In this document: piece by piece, positions 23,410 to 32,624 of the stretch
Layout of the letters: every line of letters begins with the position of its first letter
Position numbering within the stretch: the stretch's first letter is position 1
NCBI GenBank assembly: GCA_963796685.1
Contig: CAWCMR010000025.1
Coordinates: 1,440,001 to 1,504,000, forward strand
Direction: 5' to 3'
Length of the DNA stretch: 64,000 nt
DNA from: an uncultured delta proteobacterium
GTDB taxonomy: Bacteria; Myxococcota_A; Polyangia; Fen-1088
Translations under genes and position numbers: made by a program
The notes under the pieces: model-generated
Told to the model about the DNA's origin: nothing
Database searches by the model: none
What the model saw: the letters and a program-made list of their open reading frames with translations, nothing else

Positions 23410-24545
23410 TTACTTGGCGACCGCGTGCACCGGCGGCGGCGTGATGCGATCCGCTCGGTAGACGCCGGTGCTGGGAGCGCACAGCGGATCCTTGCACTCC
23501 GGCAGGGGCGCGCGCAGACTGCCGCCGTTGAGCAAGGCCACATCGCCGGGGCGGGCCGCGCGCATCAGATCGGCAAGCAGGTTGCCGAGAGCATTTTCCT
23601 GATTGCGCCGGTTCGGAAGTGGTCGCAGCACCTCGACGTTCAAGGACTCCGCGCCCTTGCTCTCCACGGCCGCGAAGGCGGCAGCGTTCAGTCGCGCCAA
23701 CTCGTCGCTCGCGTGGACCGGGCTTCCCTCGTAGTCGCCTGGACGGCACGATTCGCCCCGGCCCACCTGACAGAGGTCGTGCGGCTTGTCGATGTGAGAA
23801 GCCACGAGCTTGCCCGACTTGCGCTCGACGGTCAGATCCACGCGGCCGAAAGCGCGGCCGTTGGCGTAGGACTCGATGATGGGCACCCCGGCCACCCGCT
23901 GCGTGATGGCCTGGTGGGTGTGTCCGGCCACGATGGCGTCCACGCTGCCTTTGGGCAACTCCCGCGCAACGGCGAAGATCGCGCTCTTGGCGTCGCAGGA
24001 ATCGAGTCTCGCCGGATCCGAGAAATCGCCGCACGCGCCGCCTTCGTGAACCACGGCGATGACGATCTTGGCGCCTCGGGCGCGCAGGCCGCGCGCCTCG
24101 CGGGCGAGGGTCTTGGCCAGGGGCAGGAATTCCAGCCCTGCCACGTTGGCCGGCAGGGTCGTGCGGGGCGTGGCGAGGGTGACCGCGCCGACGAGCCCGA
24201 TCTTGACACCCGCGGCATCGACGATGGCGGAAGGCTCGACGCCCGGCCAGGCCACCGGCTTGCCCGTCTTCGCGTCGATGACGTTCGCCGCCAGCAAAGG
24301 AAAACGGGCCTCGGCGGCGCGGGCCTTGAGCGCGCCACGGGGATCGTCGCCGGGCTTCACCGGCGCGGGCGCGGGTCCGACCGGCCCGAAGTCGAATTCG
24401 TGGTTGCCGATGGCGGCAGCGGTGTACCCCAGGGCATTGTAGTCGCGCACGACAGGCGCGCCCTCCGCCAGGTTCGATTCGAGGGTGCCCTGAAACATGT
24501 CGCCCGCGTCGAGCAAGGCCACCGCGCCGCCATCGCGTTCGCGCG
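23410..24545 (-). pseudogene. Truncated duplicate of the 5'-nucleotidase gene, fused to a foreign C-terminal tail
   Basis: Near-identical to 27624..28670; lacks signal peptide and SDLHG motif and ends LRAPLP-ECKDPLC. Confidence 0.85.
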
Positions 24546-24924
24546 TCCTGCGGCGCGTGTTCTCAGGGCGCGCGCAATGAGCGACATGCTTTCCCACTGG
24601 CGACCGTGAGCGCACCCCAGCCTGGAGGCACAACCTTCGCCGCGCGTTTTTCGCTCAAACCCGGCCTTGAGGCCGAGCCACCCAATGTGGATAGGGGCGC
24701 GCGAGCGCTTCGTCTCTGCCAACGACAGCAACATCGGCGCCATCAGGCAGCTGTTCCCGCGCGACCGCGCCCACCAAGACCTGCACTTCGATGAAATCTC
24801 CACCAGCCACGCGGCGAACAACGGCGGAGGAGGGGACACACCAACCCCACCCACGCCCGCCACCGACACCACCAAAGTGGAAAGGGGAGATGGGCGGACC
24901 CAGGAGGCATTTCCCGCGCGGGAA

Positions 24925-25137
24925 GGGACCGGGCGTGTCGGGCGTGTGGTGGTGGACCAATTGCTGGCCGCGGGTGTGCCGGTGCGCGCGCTTACGCGCC
25001 GACCGACCGAGGCAGGGCTGCCGCCAGCGGTCGAGGTCGTGTCGGGCGACCTGACCGTGCCCGAATCGCTAGAAGTTGTGCTGGAAGGCGTAGGTGCGGT
25101 GTTCCTGGTCTGGACCGCTCCGACGACGACTGCCGAG
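24925..25137 (+). pseudogene. NmrA-like NAD(P)H-binding oxidoreductase N-terminal fragment
   Basis: GTGRVGRVVVDQLLAAGVPVRALTRRP...VVSGDLTVPESL...GVGAVFLVW. Confidence 0.75.
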
Positions 25138-25157
25138 GGGTGGCGCAGCTCGCGCGC

Positions 25158-25372
25158 CTGCCGGTATGGAGGAAAAATCCCATCTCGGTGACCGATAGGG
25201 GCGCGGTGATCTGGACGCCGGGATGACCGCGCAGGGGAACCGGGCGACGGCGCAACTCGGGGCCGGCGGGCGCCAGGCCGGCGACAGAGGCGGCGGCCAG
25301 TTGGGCGAGCGCGGGTTCGCGCTCGGCGAAGCCGTCTTCGAGTACGGTCAGTTCAGAGCCGGCCTCGATGCC
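25158..25372 (-). mobile_element. IS91-like (Y2) transposase internal fragment
   Basis: Translates IEAGSELTVLEDGFAEREPALAQLAAASVAGLAPAGPELRRRPVPLRGHPGVQITAPLSVTEMGFFLH, resembling myxobacterial IS91-family transposases (recognised from memory). Confidence 0.65.
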
Positions 25373-25384
25373 CCCGCGACCATG

Positions 25385-25514
25385 GCGCGACCACCGTCCC
25401 CGACAACGCCGCGGGCGGGGTCGACTTGCTGTCGACCCCGTCCCCGCACGCCATGAAGGCTCCGGACATCAGCACCACCCAGACGGCAAACACACTTCGG
25501 ACATTCCTGTTCAT
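25385..25514 (-). pseudogene. Lipoprotein N-terminal fragment
   Basis: MNRNVRSVFAVWVVLMSGAFMACGDG signal plus lipobox, cut off at the IS91-like piece. Confidence 0.5.
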
Positions 25515-25709
25515 GAGCGTTGGCCTTTCGTGAATCGAGACGACGAGCGCTTCGTTGGGCTCTCGACTAGGTGGATGCGCTCGCGTCAAAACCATCCGCA
25601 TCTCGCGACGCTGGACGTCAGCGGGCCCGCGATGCCTTCACGCGGTCTTCGCTCCGAACCCTGGCTGGCACCGCCTCGCCAGCCTTGCGAAGATCGGCGA
25701 GAAGGGTCT

Positions 25710-26063
25710 CTACCAATCCGACGCGCCGCTGTCTGCGATTCCCCCTGAGCGTCGGCGCGCTGCCGGCGGTGGGTTGCGGCTCGTCGGCGCCGGCGCCGCT
25801 GATGGGGTCAGCGCCATCAGCGCCAGGGCCCGGCGCAAGGCCGCGCCGAAGCGCTGGAACCCCAGCTCGGCGACCGCGGCCAGCAGCGCGGTCTTGTCGG
25901 CGAAGTGCCGGTAGGGCGCGCGCGGCGAGACGCCGACGGCGCGCGCCACCGCGCGCAGGCTGAGCGCCGCCGGCCCGCGCCGGGCCACCGCTCGCGCCCC
26001 TTCGTCCAGGCAGGCCCGCCGGAGATCGCCATGGTGGTAGGCGCGGCGAGCTCGCTTCGGCAC
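25710..26063 (-). pseudogene. TetR-family regulator, HTH only (C-terminal domain lost)
   Basis: YHHGDLRRACL...LSLRAVARAVGVSPRAPYRHFADKTALLAAVAELGF followed by unrelated sequence. Confidence 0.8.
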
Positions 26064-26070
26064 CCAAAGA

Positions 26071-26085
26071 GTATACACTGTATGC
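26071..26085. promoter_or_regulatory. Imperfect palindrome GTATACA-C-TGTATGC, putative TetR operator
   Basis: Lies between the divergent tetR and SnoaL-like starts. Confidence 0.55.
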
Positions 26086-26117
26086 ACTTCGGAGCTCGAA
26101 TCGAGGGGAGGCCTTCC

Positions 26118-26576
26118 ATGTACCACTTCTTCGTCCGCCGCCGGGTCGCCGCCATCCTCCGGCACATTAACGGGGGCGACTTCGACTTCGTGGTCCGCCA
26201 GTTCGCCCCCGACGCCGAGCACTGGTTCTCGGGGCGGCACGCCCTGGGCGGCCGGCGCACGCGGCCCGAAGAGATCGCGGCCTGGTACCGGCGGCTGGCG
26301 GCGGTCTTTCCCACCATCCGCTTCCAGCCGATCGCGATCATCGTCAGCGGCCCGCCGTGGCGCACCCGGGTCGTGATCGAGTGGACCGACACCTTCCCGG
26401 CCGGGGTCGACCTCGGCGTGAATCAGGGCGTCTTCGTGCTGACGCTGCGCTGGGGGCGCGCCGTGGCGCTGCACGTCTATTGCGACACCGACGAGCTCAA
26501 GCAGAACCTGGGGCGCCTGGCCGCCCGCGGCCTCGCCGACGCCGCCGCCCCGCCCATCGGGATCGCCCCCGGGTGA
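26118..26576 (+). CDS. SnoaL-like / NTF2-family protein
   Basis: F.PDAEHWFSGRHALGG.R, VSGPPW.TRVVIEW.D, NQGV..L.LRWG; RBS-like GGGGAGG. Confidence 0.85.
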   Translation: MYHFFVRRRVAAILRHINGGDFDFVVRQFAPDAEHWFSGRHALGGRRTRPEEIAAWYRRLAAVFPTIRFQPIAIIVSGPPWRTRVVIEWTDTFPAGVDLGVNQGVFVLTLRWGRAVALHVYCDTDELKQNLGRLAARGLADAAAPPIGIAPG

Positions 26577-26700
26577 AGATCGCGCGCCGGTCGATCGCCG
26601 GCGGTCCGGGCGGTCGGCGCGCACTTTAGGGCAGATTCCTCATACCCGCGGGCGAGCCCGGCCCAACCATCAGACGGGTGGGGACGAGCGAGGATCGGCC

Positions 26701-26835
26701 GTGAAGATGCTGCTCTGCCATCCGAGCGGCCTGGTGTACACGGAGATCTTTCTCCGTCTCGAGCCGCTGGGGCTGGAGCTGGTGGCCGAGGCCACGCGCC
26801 GCGCCGGGCACTAGGTGCGGATCCTCGATCTGCAC
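26701..26835 (+). pseudogene. N-terminal fragment of a B12-binding radical SAM methylase (HpnR-like) with in-frame TAG
   Basis: MKMLLCHPSGLVYTEIFLRLEPLGLELVAEATRRAGH*VRILDLH. Confidence 0.7.
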
Positions 26836-26957
26836 GCGTGCAGGGCCTACAAGGCCCGAAATCCCGCCGCGTCAAATGTCCCAGTCTGAGTGTTCCGTCA
26901 ACTCCCCGCGCTCCTCGGCGCCCCGTTCGCCCCCGTTTTCACGGCCAGTCGATCCCG

Positions 26958-27068
26958 AAAGCACGCCGGGGTGAGTTGCGTTGCCACCTGCCGATTGGCT
27001 TCGTCTACGACGGAGGCGGGCACGTCGTAATCGACCCGGACAAGCAAGTGCAAGAAAGTGTGCGACTG
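26958..27068 (+). mobile_element. Large serine recombinase internal fragment
   Basis: KARRGELRCHLPIGFVYDGGGHVVIDPDKQVQESVRL. Confidence 0.7.
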
Positions 27069-27147
27069 CAGCGGGTCCATGTCGACGGCATAGGTGCCAT
27101 CACGATAGGGTTTGCGCAGCTCGATGCGGACCAGGCCAACGGGCAGG
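27069..27147 (-). mobile_element. Second IS91-like transposase fragment
   Basis: LPVGLVRIELRKPYRDGTYAVDMDPL. Confidence 0.65.
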
Positions 27148-27174
27148 CCGCTCGGGAAGTGAGGCAGCCCGCGG

Positions 27175-28833
27175 CTACTGGCCGCACCGGATCGGCACTT
27201 CGCCAGGTAAGGTGAAGCGTGGGTGCGCGGGATCGAACAGCGCACGATCGTCCGGGTCCAGCACGCCGCCACGCCGGCGCAAGCCTTCGGCCATGGCGTC
27301 GCGAACCGGCGGCCCAATCTCGTAGTCGATCTTGGCGCCGGCGAAGAATCCGTCGCCGCCGGTGGCCAGGAAATCCGTCGTGGTGACGGCCAGGACTTCC
27401 TCGTCCCGTACCCTCGAGCCGTCCGCTCGCACGAGCGTCACCTCCACCTCGCCGTGCTCGCATCGAGCAAGCACGTGCAGGCCAGAAAGCGCGACCAGCG
27501 AGCCGGAGTGGCCGAGGCTGCGGGCGAGCAGACGGCGGAACTCGTTGGCCGGCATGTGCAGCGACGCGAAGGCGTTGTCGAAGGGGAAGGTCTCGTAGAG
27601 CCGGCCGTAGGTGAGCGGCCCGGCCGGCAGGGGCGCGCGCAAACTGCCGCCGTTGAGCAAGGCCACATCGCCGGGGCAGGCCGCGCGCATCAGATCGGCA
27701 AGCAGGTTGCCGAGAGCATTTTCCTGATTGCGCCGGTTCGGAAGTGGTCGCAGCACCTCGACGTTCAAGGACTCCGCGCCCTTGCTCTCCACGGCCGCGA
27801 AGGCGGCAGCGTTCAGTCGCGCCAACTCGTCGCTCGCGTGGACCGGGCTTCCCTCGTAGTCGCCTGGACGGCACGATTCGCCCCGGCCCACCTGACAGAG
27901 GTCGTGCGGCTTGTCGATGTGAGAAGACACGAGCTTGCCCGACTTGCGCTCGACGGTCAGATCCACGCGGCCGAAAGCGCGGCCGTTGGCGTAGGACTCG
28001 ATGATGGGCACCCCGGCCACCCGCTGCGCGATGGCCTGGTGGGTGTGTCCGGCCACGATGGCGTCCACGCTGCCTTTGGGTAACTCCCGCGCAACGGCGA
28101 AGATCGCGCTCTTGGCGTCGCAGGAATCGAGTCTCGCCGGATCCGAGAAATCGCCGCACGCGCCGCCTTCGTGAACCACGGCGATGACGATCTTGGCGCC
28201 TCGGGCGCGCAGGCCGCGCGCCTCGCGGGCGAGGGTCTTGGCCAGGGGCAGGAATTCCAGCCCTGCCACGTTGGCCGGCAGGGTCGTGCGGGGCGTGGCG
28301 AGGGTGACCGCGCCGACGAGCCCGATCTTGACACCCGCGGCATCGACGATGGCGGAAGGCTCGACGCCCGGCCAGGCCACCGGCTTGCCCGTCTTCGCGT
28401 CGATGACGTTCGCCGCCAGCAAAGGAAAACGGGCCTCGGCGGCGCGGGCCTTGAGCGCGCCGCGGGGATCGTCGCCGGGCTTCACCGGCGCGGGCGCGGG
28501 TCCGACCGGCCCGAAGTCGAATTCGTGGTTGCCAATGGCGGCGGCGGTGTAACCCAGGGCATTGTAGTCACGCACGACGGGCGCGCCCTCCGCCAGGTTC
28601 GATTCGAGGGTGCCCTGAAACATGTCGCCCGCGTCGAGCAAGACCACCGCGCCGCCGTCGTGTACGCGCGCCTTGCGCAGGTTTTCCAGGTAGCCCCCGA
28701 GCCACGGCAAAGCAGCAATGTGCCCGTGCAAGTCGCTCGTGCCCACCACCGAGATGGTCACCTGCGACGGCGGCGCCGCATGCGCGGACGAGGCCACCGC
28801 CAGCAAAGCGAAGATCGAAACGAGGGCGCGCAT
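27175..28833 (-). CDS. Secreted bifunctional metallophosphatase / 5'-nucleotidase
   Basis: Signal peptide; SDLHG, DAGD, GNHEFD, GHTH, NGGSLR, FPFDN, FLATGGDG. Confidence 0.93.
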   Translation of the reverse strand: MRALVSIFALLAVASSAHAAPPSQVTISVVGTSDLHGHIAALPWLGGYLENLRKARVHDGGAVVLLDAGDMFQGTLESNLAEGAPVVRDYNALGYTAAAIGNHEFDFGPVGPAPAPVKPGDDPRGALKARAAEARFPLLAANVIDAKTGKPVAWPGVEPSAIVDAAGVKIGLVGAVTLATPRTTLPANVAGLEFLPLAKTLAREARGLRARGAKIVIAVVHEGGACGDFSDPARLDSCDAKSAIFAVARELPKGSVDAIVAGHTHQAIAQRVAGVPIIESYANGRAFGRVDLTVERKSGKLVSSHIDKPHDLCQVGRGESCRPGDYEGSPVHASDELARLNAAAFAAVESKGAESLNVEVLRPLPNRRNQENALGNLLADLMRAACPGDVALLNGGSLRAPLPAGPLTYGRLYETFPFDNAFASLHMPANEFRRLLARSLGHSGSLVALSGLHVLARCEHGEVEVTLVRADGSRVRDEEVLAVTTTDFLATGGDGFFAGAKIDYEIGPPVRDAMAEGLRRRGGVLDPDDRALFDPAHPRFTLPGEVPIRCGQ

Positions 28834-28955
28834 GCGAGGCGAAGTATGACGCTTCGGCTACGCTGGATCCTGAATTTCACTCTGTGGTGAACCTCCCCAT
28901 CCCTCGCCGCTGAAATCGGCGAATTCCAGCCGAGTCGTGCTAGGTTTGCCCAACT

Positions 28956-29828
28956 ATGTTCAAAGGAGTCATTACCGCGCTGGTCACGCCCTTGCGCAAC
29001 GATCGCGTGGACGAAGAGGCCTTGCGCCGCTTGGTCGACGAGCAGATCCGCGCCGGCATCGACGGATTGGTTCCCGTGGGAACCACCGGCGAATCCCCCA
29101 CCTTGAGCAACGAGGAGCACATCCGAGTCATCGAGGTGGTGGTGCAAGAGGCGAAGAAGCGCGTGCCCGTGCTCGCCGGTACCGGCGCCAACGCGACCCG
29201 CGAGGCCATCGAGCTGACCGCTGCTGCCAAGGCGGTGGGTGCCGACGGCACCTTGCAGGTCACGCCCTACTACAACAAGCCTACGCAGGACGGGCTCTTT
29301 CGCCACTTCAAGGCCGTGATCGACGCCGTGGGCTTGCCCACGGTGGTGTACAACGTGCCCGGCCGCACGGGCTGCGATCTCCTGCCCGAGACCATCGCCC
29401 GGCTGTGCGAGCTGCCGCTCATGGTCGGCGTGAAAGAGGCCACCGGCAACTTGCAGCGCGCGGCGCAGATCATCGCCCGCGTGGGCGATCGCCTGACCAT
29501 GCTGTCGGGCGACGACGCCACGGCCATGCCCTTTTTCGCCCTCGGGGGCCACGGCTGCATTTCGGTCGTGTCCAACGTGGCGCCGGCCGATTTTTCGGCC
29601 ATGTGGGACGCGGCCGCTGCCGGAAATTGGAACAAGGCGCGCGAGCTGCACTACAAGCTCTTTCCGCTTTCCGAGGGTCTGTTCATCGAGGCCAACCCGA
29701 TCCCGGTCAAGGCCGCGCTGGCCATGATGGGCAAGATCACCGACGAGATCCGGCCTCCGCTCTATCCCATGACGGGCGCCAATCGCGAAAAAGTGCGCAA
29801 GATCCTCGCCGACCTCAAGCTCGTCTAG
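28956..29828 (+). CDS. dapA: 4-hydroxy-tetrahydrodipicolinate synthase
   Basis: GTTGESPTL, PYYNKP, YNVPGRT, GVKEATG, NPIPVK. Confidence 0.97.
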   Translation: MFKGVITALVTPLRNDRVDEEALRRLVDEQIRAGIDGLVPVGTTGESPTLSNEEHIRVIEVVVQEAKKRVPVLAGTGANATREAIELTAAAKAVGADGTLQVTPYYNKPTQDGLFRHFKAVIDAVGLPTVVYNVPGRTGCDLLPETIARLCELPLMVGVKEATGNLQRAAQIIARVGDRLTMLSGDDATAMPFFALGGHGCISVVSNVAPADFSAMWDAAAAGNWNKARELHYKLFPLSEGLFIEANPIPVKAALAMMGKITDEIRPPLYPMTGANREKVRKILADLKLV

Positions 29829-29836
29829 GGTTCACC

Positions 29837-30639
29837 ATGGCCGTACGAATCGCCGTCTTCGGAGCTGGTGGAAAAATGGGGCACGCCATCGTGCGCGCCA
29901 TGGCCGAGGCCGAGGGCGCTGTCCTGGCGGCGGCGGTTGAGCGCTCGGACTATCCCTACCTCGCGGGCGATGCCTCGCAATTGGCGGGCTTGGCCGCCTC
30001 CGGCGTGCGCGTGGTCGACCAGCGACCGGGCAAGGGCGCGGCAGAGGTGTGGATCGATTTTTCGACCCGTCCGCGGCCGTGCCCAACGCCCAGGCCGCCG
30101 CTGCCGCGGGCGCCGCCATCGTGATCGGCACGACCGGTGTTTCCGCCGCCGACAAAGAGACCATCGCCGCCATCGCCAAGACCATCCCGATCGTGCTCAC
30201 CCCCAACATGTCGATGGGCGTGAACGTGATGCTCAGGCTGGTGGCCGATGCCGCGCGCATGCTCGGCCAGGCCTACGACGTCGAGATCGTCGAGACCCAC
30301 CACCGCGCCAAGCGGGATGCTCCCTCGGGCACGGCCCTGCGCCTCGGCGAGGCGGTGGCCGAGGCGACGGGGCGGGAATTGGCCAAGGTGGCGCGCTACC
30401 ATCGCCATGGCGACGTCGGTCCGCGCACCCAGGCGGAAATCGGCATGCAAACCCTGCGCGGTGGCGACGTGTTCGGCGATCACACCGTGTTCTTTTTCGG
30501 CCAGGGCGACCGCCTAGAGATCACCCACCGGGCCTCTTCGCGCGACACCTTCGCCCGGGGCGCGGTTCGCGCGGCTCTGTGGCTGGCGGGAAAACCGGCC
30601 GGACTTTTCGACATGCGCGACGTGCTCGGACTAAAGTAG
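29837..30639 (+). CDS. dapB: 4-hydroxy-tetrahydrodipicolinate reductase (single-base frameshift near 30065)
   Basis: [15 protein letters not shown]...WIDFST in one frame continues as PSAAV...[29 protein letters not shown] in the next. Confidence 0.93.
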
Positions 30640-30655
30640 TCGGCAGCGAGGAACC

Positions 30656-31588
30656 ATGGACCGAAACGGCCCAGCTGCCGCTTCCGCACCCGGCGATGTC
30701 GAGCATCCCCGGTCCGCCATGCTCGACACCTATCCCGCGGAAGAAGTGGTCCGCCTTTGCCTCGACGAGGAAAACGCGGCCATCAAGGCGGCCAAGGCCT
30801 GCGCCGCGGAGATCGCCCAGGCCTCGCGCCTCCTCGCCGAACGCCTGGCCGCCGGCAGCCGGCTGGTCTACGTCGGCGCGGGCACCGCGGGCAGGGTGGC
30901 CGCGTTCGAGGCGGCCGAGTGCGTGCCGCTGTTCGGCCTGCCGCCATCGCTGGTGGTGTCCGTTCTGGCCGGTGGCCCGCACGCCCTGGCGCGCACGGTG
31001 GAAATCGCGCAGGACAACCGGCGCGAGGCCGAGCAGCGCATGCGCAAGGTCGCGGTGGGGCCGGGCGATGTCGTGTGCGCGGTCTCGGACCACGACGTCT
31101 CGCTCTTCTTGCGCGCGGCCATCGAATACGCCCGCTTTCGACGCGCCCACGTCGTGCTGGTGACCTGCACGTCGCCTCCCGTCGCCGACGACGGCGGAGC
31201 CCTGGCCGACGTCTTGATTCGGCTCGACCCCGGTCCCGAGGTCATCGCGGGTGCGACTCGCCTCAAGGCGGCCACGGCTATCAAATTGGCGCTCTCCGCC
31301 TTCTCGAGCGCCGCGTTCGTTCAACTTGGCAAGACCTACGGCGGTCTGATGGTCGACGTGCGTCCCACCACGCCGCGCACCTGGAAGCGCGCCATCTTGC
31401 TCGTGAGCCGTCTGTGCCGCCTGAGCGAGCCCGAGGCCGAAAAGCTGATCAAGAAAGCGGGCGGCAGAGCCAAAGTCGCCATCGTGATTCACCACGCCAG
31501 GGTCAACGCGGCGCGTGCAAAAGAGCTTCTGGTGCAGCACCGTGGCTCTTTGCGCGCTATCGTGGGCGATATCGATCTGACCGGCTAG
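30656..31588 (+). CDS. MurQ-like SIS-fold protein with degenerate active site
   Basis: YVGAGTAGR..AAEC, GPEVIAGATRLKAATA.K, GKTYGGLMVDV. Confidence 0.85.
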   Translation: MDRNGPAAASAPGDVEHPRSAMLDTYPAEEVVRLCLDEENAAIKAAKACAAEIAQASRLLAERLAAGSRLVYVGAGTAGRVAAFEAAECVPLFGLPPSLVVSVLAGGPHALARTVEIAQDNRREAEQRMRKVAVGPGDVVCAVSDHDVSLFLRAAIEYARFRRAHVVLVTCTSPPVADDGGALADVLIRLDPGPEVIAGATRLKAATAIKLALSAFSSAAFVQLGKTYGGLMVDVRPTTPRTWKRAILLVSRLCRLSEPEAEKLIKKAGGRAKVAIVIHHARVNAARAKELLVQHRGSLRAIVGDIDLTG

Positions 31589-31703
31589 ACTTGACCGTTG
31601 CTTGTAGAGCGCACTATCTTGCAGGCATCTGGCGCAGTACCCCAAACCAAATGGCGCCCTAGCGCGCTTCCATGAAACAAACGCAAAGGAGAATAGATAA
31701 CCG

Positions 31704-31991
31704 ATGAAGAAGTCCGATCTCGTGGATCTCGTGGCCCAGAAGCTCAACTTCCCCAGGCCGCAGGTCGAGCAAACCATTGAGTCGTTGCTAGACGCCGTCG
31801 CTGACGGGCTAGCCAAGGGAGAACGCGTCGACATCCGCGGGTTCGGGGCCTTCCAGATTCGGGAGTCTGCCGCGCGCAGTGGTCGCAACCCACGCACGGG
31901 TGAAACCATCCAAATCGCGGCTCGCAAGACGCCCACATTCAAGGTCGGCAAGGAATTGCGCGACAAAGTCAACGGCGTGGCCACCACTTAG
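31704..31991 (+). CDS. HU/IHF-family DNA-binding protein
   Basis: MKKSDLV, IRGFGAF, GRNPRTGE, FKVGKELR; RBS AAGGAG. Confidence 0.95.
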   Translation: MKKSDLVDLVAQKLNFPRPQVEQTIESLLDAVADGLAKGERVDIRGFGAFQIRESAARSGRNPRTGETIQIAARKTPTFKVGKELRDKVNGVATT

Positions 31992-32027
31992 GGAACAGCG
32001 GGAAAGCAGGAGCGAGGGAAGTAGTTC

Positions 32028-32588
32028 ATGGGAACGCGCCTTTTCGTAGGGAACCTCTCCTACAACGTCAACGAGCAAGAGCTGAAGGAGGTTTTTCAGT
32101 CCGAGAAAATCGAGGTACGCAGCGTTCGGGTCGCGATGGATCGCGAGACCGGCCGCCCGCGTGGGTTCGCTTTCGTCGAAACCGAAACCGAGGATGGTGC
32201 CAAGCAGTCCATCGAAAAGCTGGGCGGAAGGCTCGTGCAAGGGCGGCCCCTCATCATCGAGGAAGCCCAGGCCAGGCCTGCCCCCGGTGCTCCGCGTCCC
32301 GGCGGCGGGCCAGGTGGACCTCCACGCGTGGGTGGTCCTCCGCGCCCCGGCGGCCCCGCTGGGCCACGCCCGGCCGGTGGCCCACCGTCCATGGGCGGCC
32401 CTCCGCGGCCCTTCGGCCCGCCCCGGCCCCCAGGCCCAGGTGGGTTCGATGCGCGTGGACCCGACCGCCCACCCGGCAAGATCGAAGGGCGGCGCGAGCG
32501 GCCCGAAAAGAAGAAGTCGACCCGGCCCAAGCCCGAGGAGCGCGAGCGCGGCAACTGGCACTGGAGCGGAATCATCGACGACGACTAG
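32028..32588 (+). CDS. RRM RNA-binding protein with Pro/Gly-rich tail
   Basis: LFVGNLSY (RNP2), RGFAFVE (RNP1). Confidence 0.92.
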   Translation: MGTRLFVGNLSYNVNEQELKEVFQSEKIEVRSVRVAMDRETGRPRGFAFVETETEDGAKQSIEKLGGRLVQGRPLIIEEAQARPAPGAPRPGGGPGGPPRVGGPPRPGGPAGPRPAGGPPSMGGPPRPFGPPRPPGPGGFDARGPDRPPGKIEGRRERPEKKKSTRPKPEERERGNWHWSGIIDDD

Positions 32589-32624
32589 CACGGGCTCGGG
32601 TACCGTCAGGCGTGGGGAAGTAGC

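Larger units (their letters stand above)
23499..28670. repeat. About 1.05-kb near-identical direct repeat (23499..~24545 and 27624..~28670, offset 4125 bp)
   Basis: Direct comparison; roughly a dozen substitutions seen by eye, more frequent towards the ends. Confidence 0.92.

Noticed and set aside
24546-27174. Integron cassette array
   Set aside because: No recurring attC-like palindromes or integron integrase; pieces are truncated and in mixed orientation.
23499-28670. DGR template/variable repeat pair
   Set aside because: Repeat is about 1 kb, mismatches are not adenine-specific, and no reverse transcriptase is present.
28834-28955. Lysine riboswitch upstream of dapA
   Set aside because: The intergenic region is only about 120 bp, shared with a divergent gene, and lacks recognisable L-box motifs.
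30050-30075. dapB frameshift as programmed recoding or pseudogene
   Set aside because: One missing C in ACCC(C)G restores DFSTPSA in a near-essential, otherwise intact gene. Similar one-base shifts in udk and qNOR point to sequencing/consensus indels; read inspection would settle it.
31590-31620. sigma70 promoter TTGACC-N18-TATCTT before the HU gene
   Set aside because: Plausible but too weak a match to list without TSS data.
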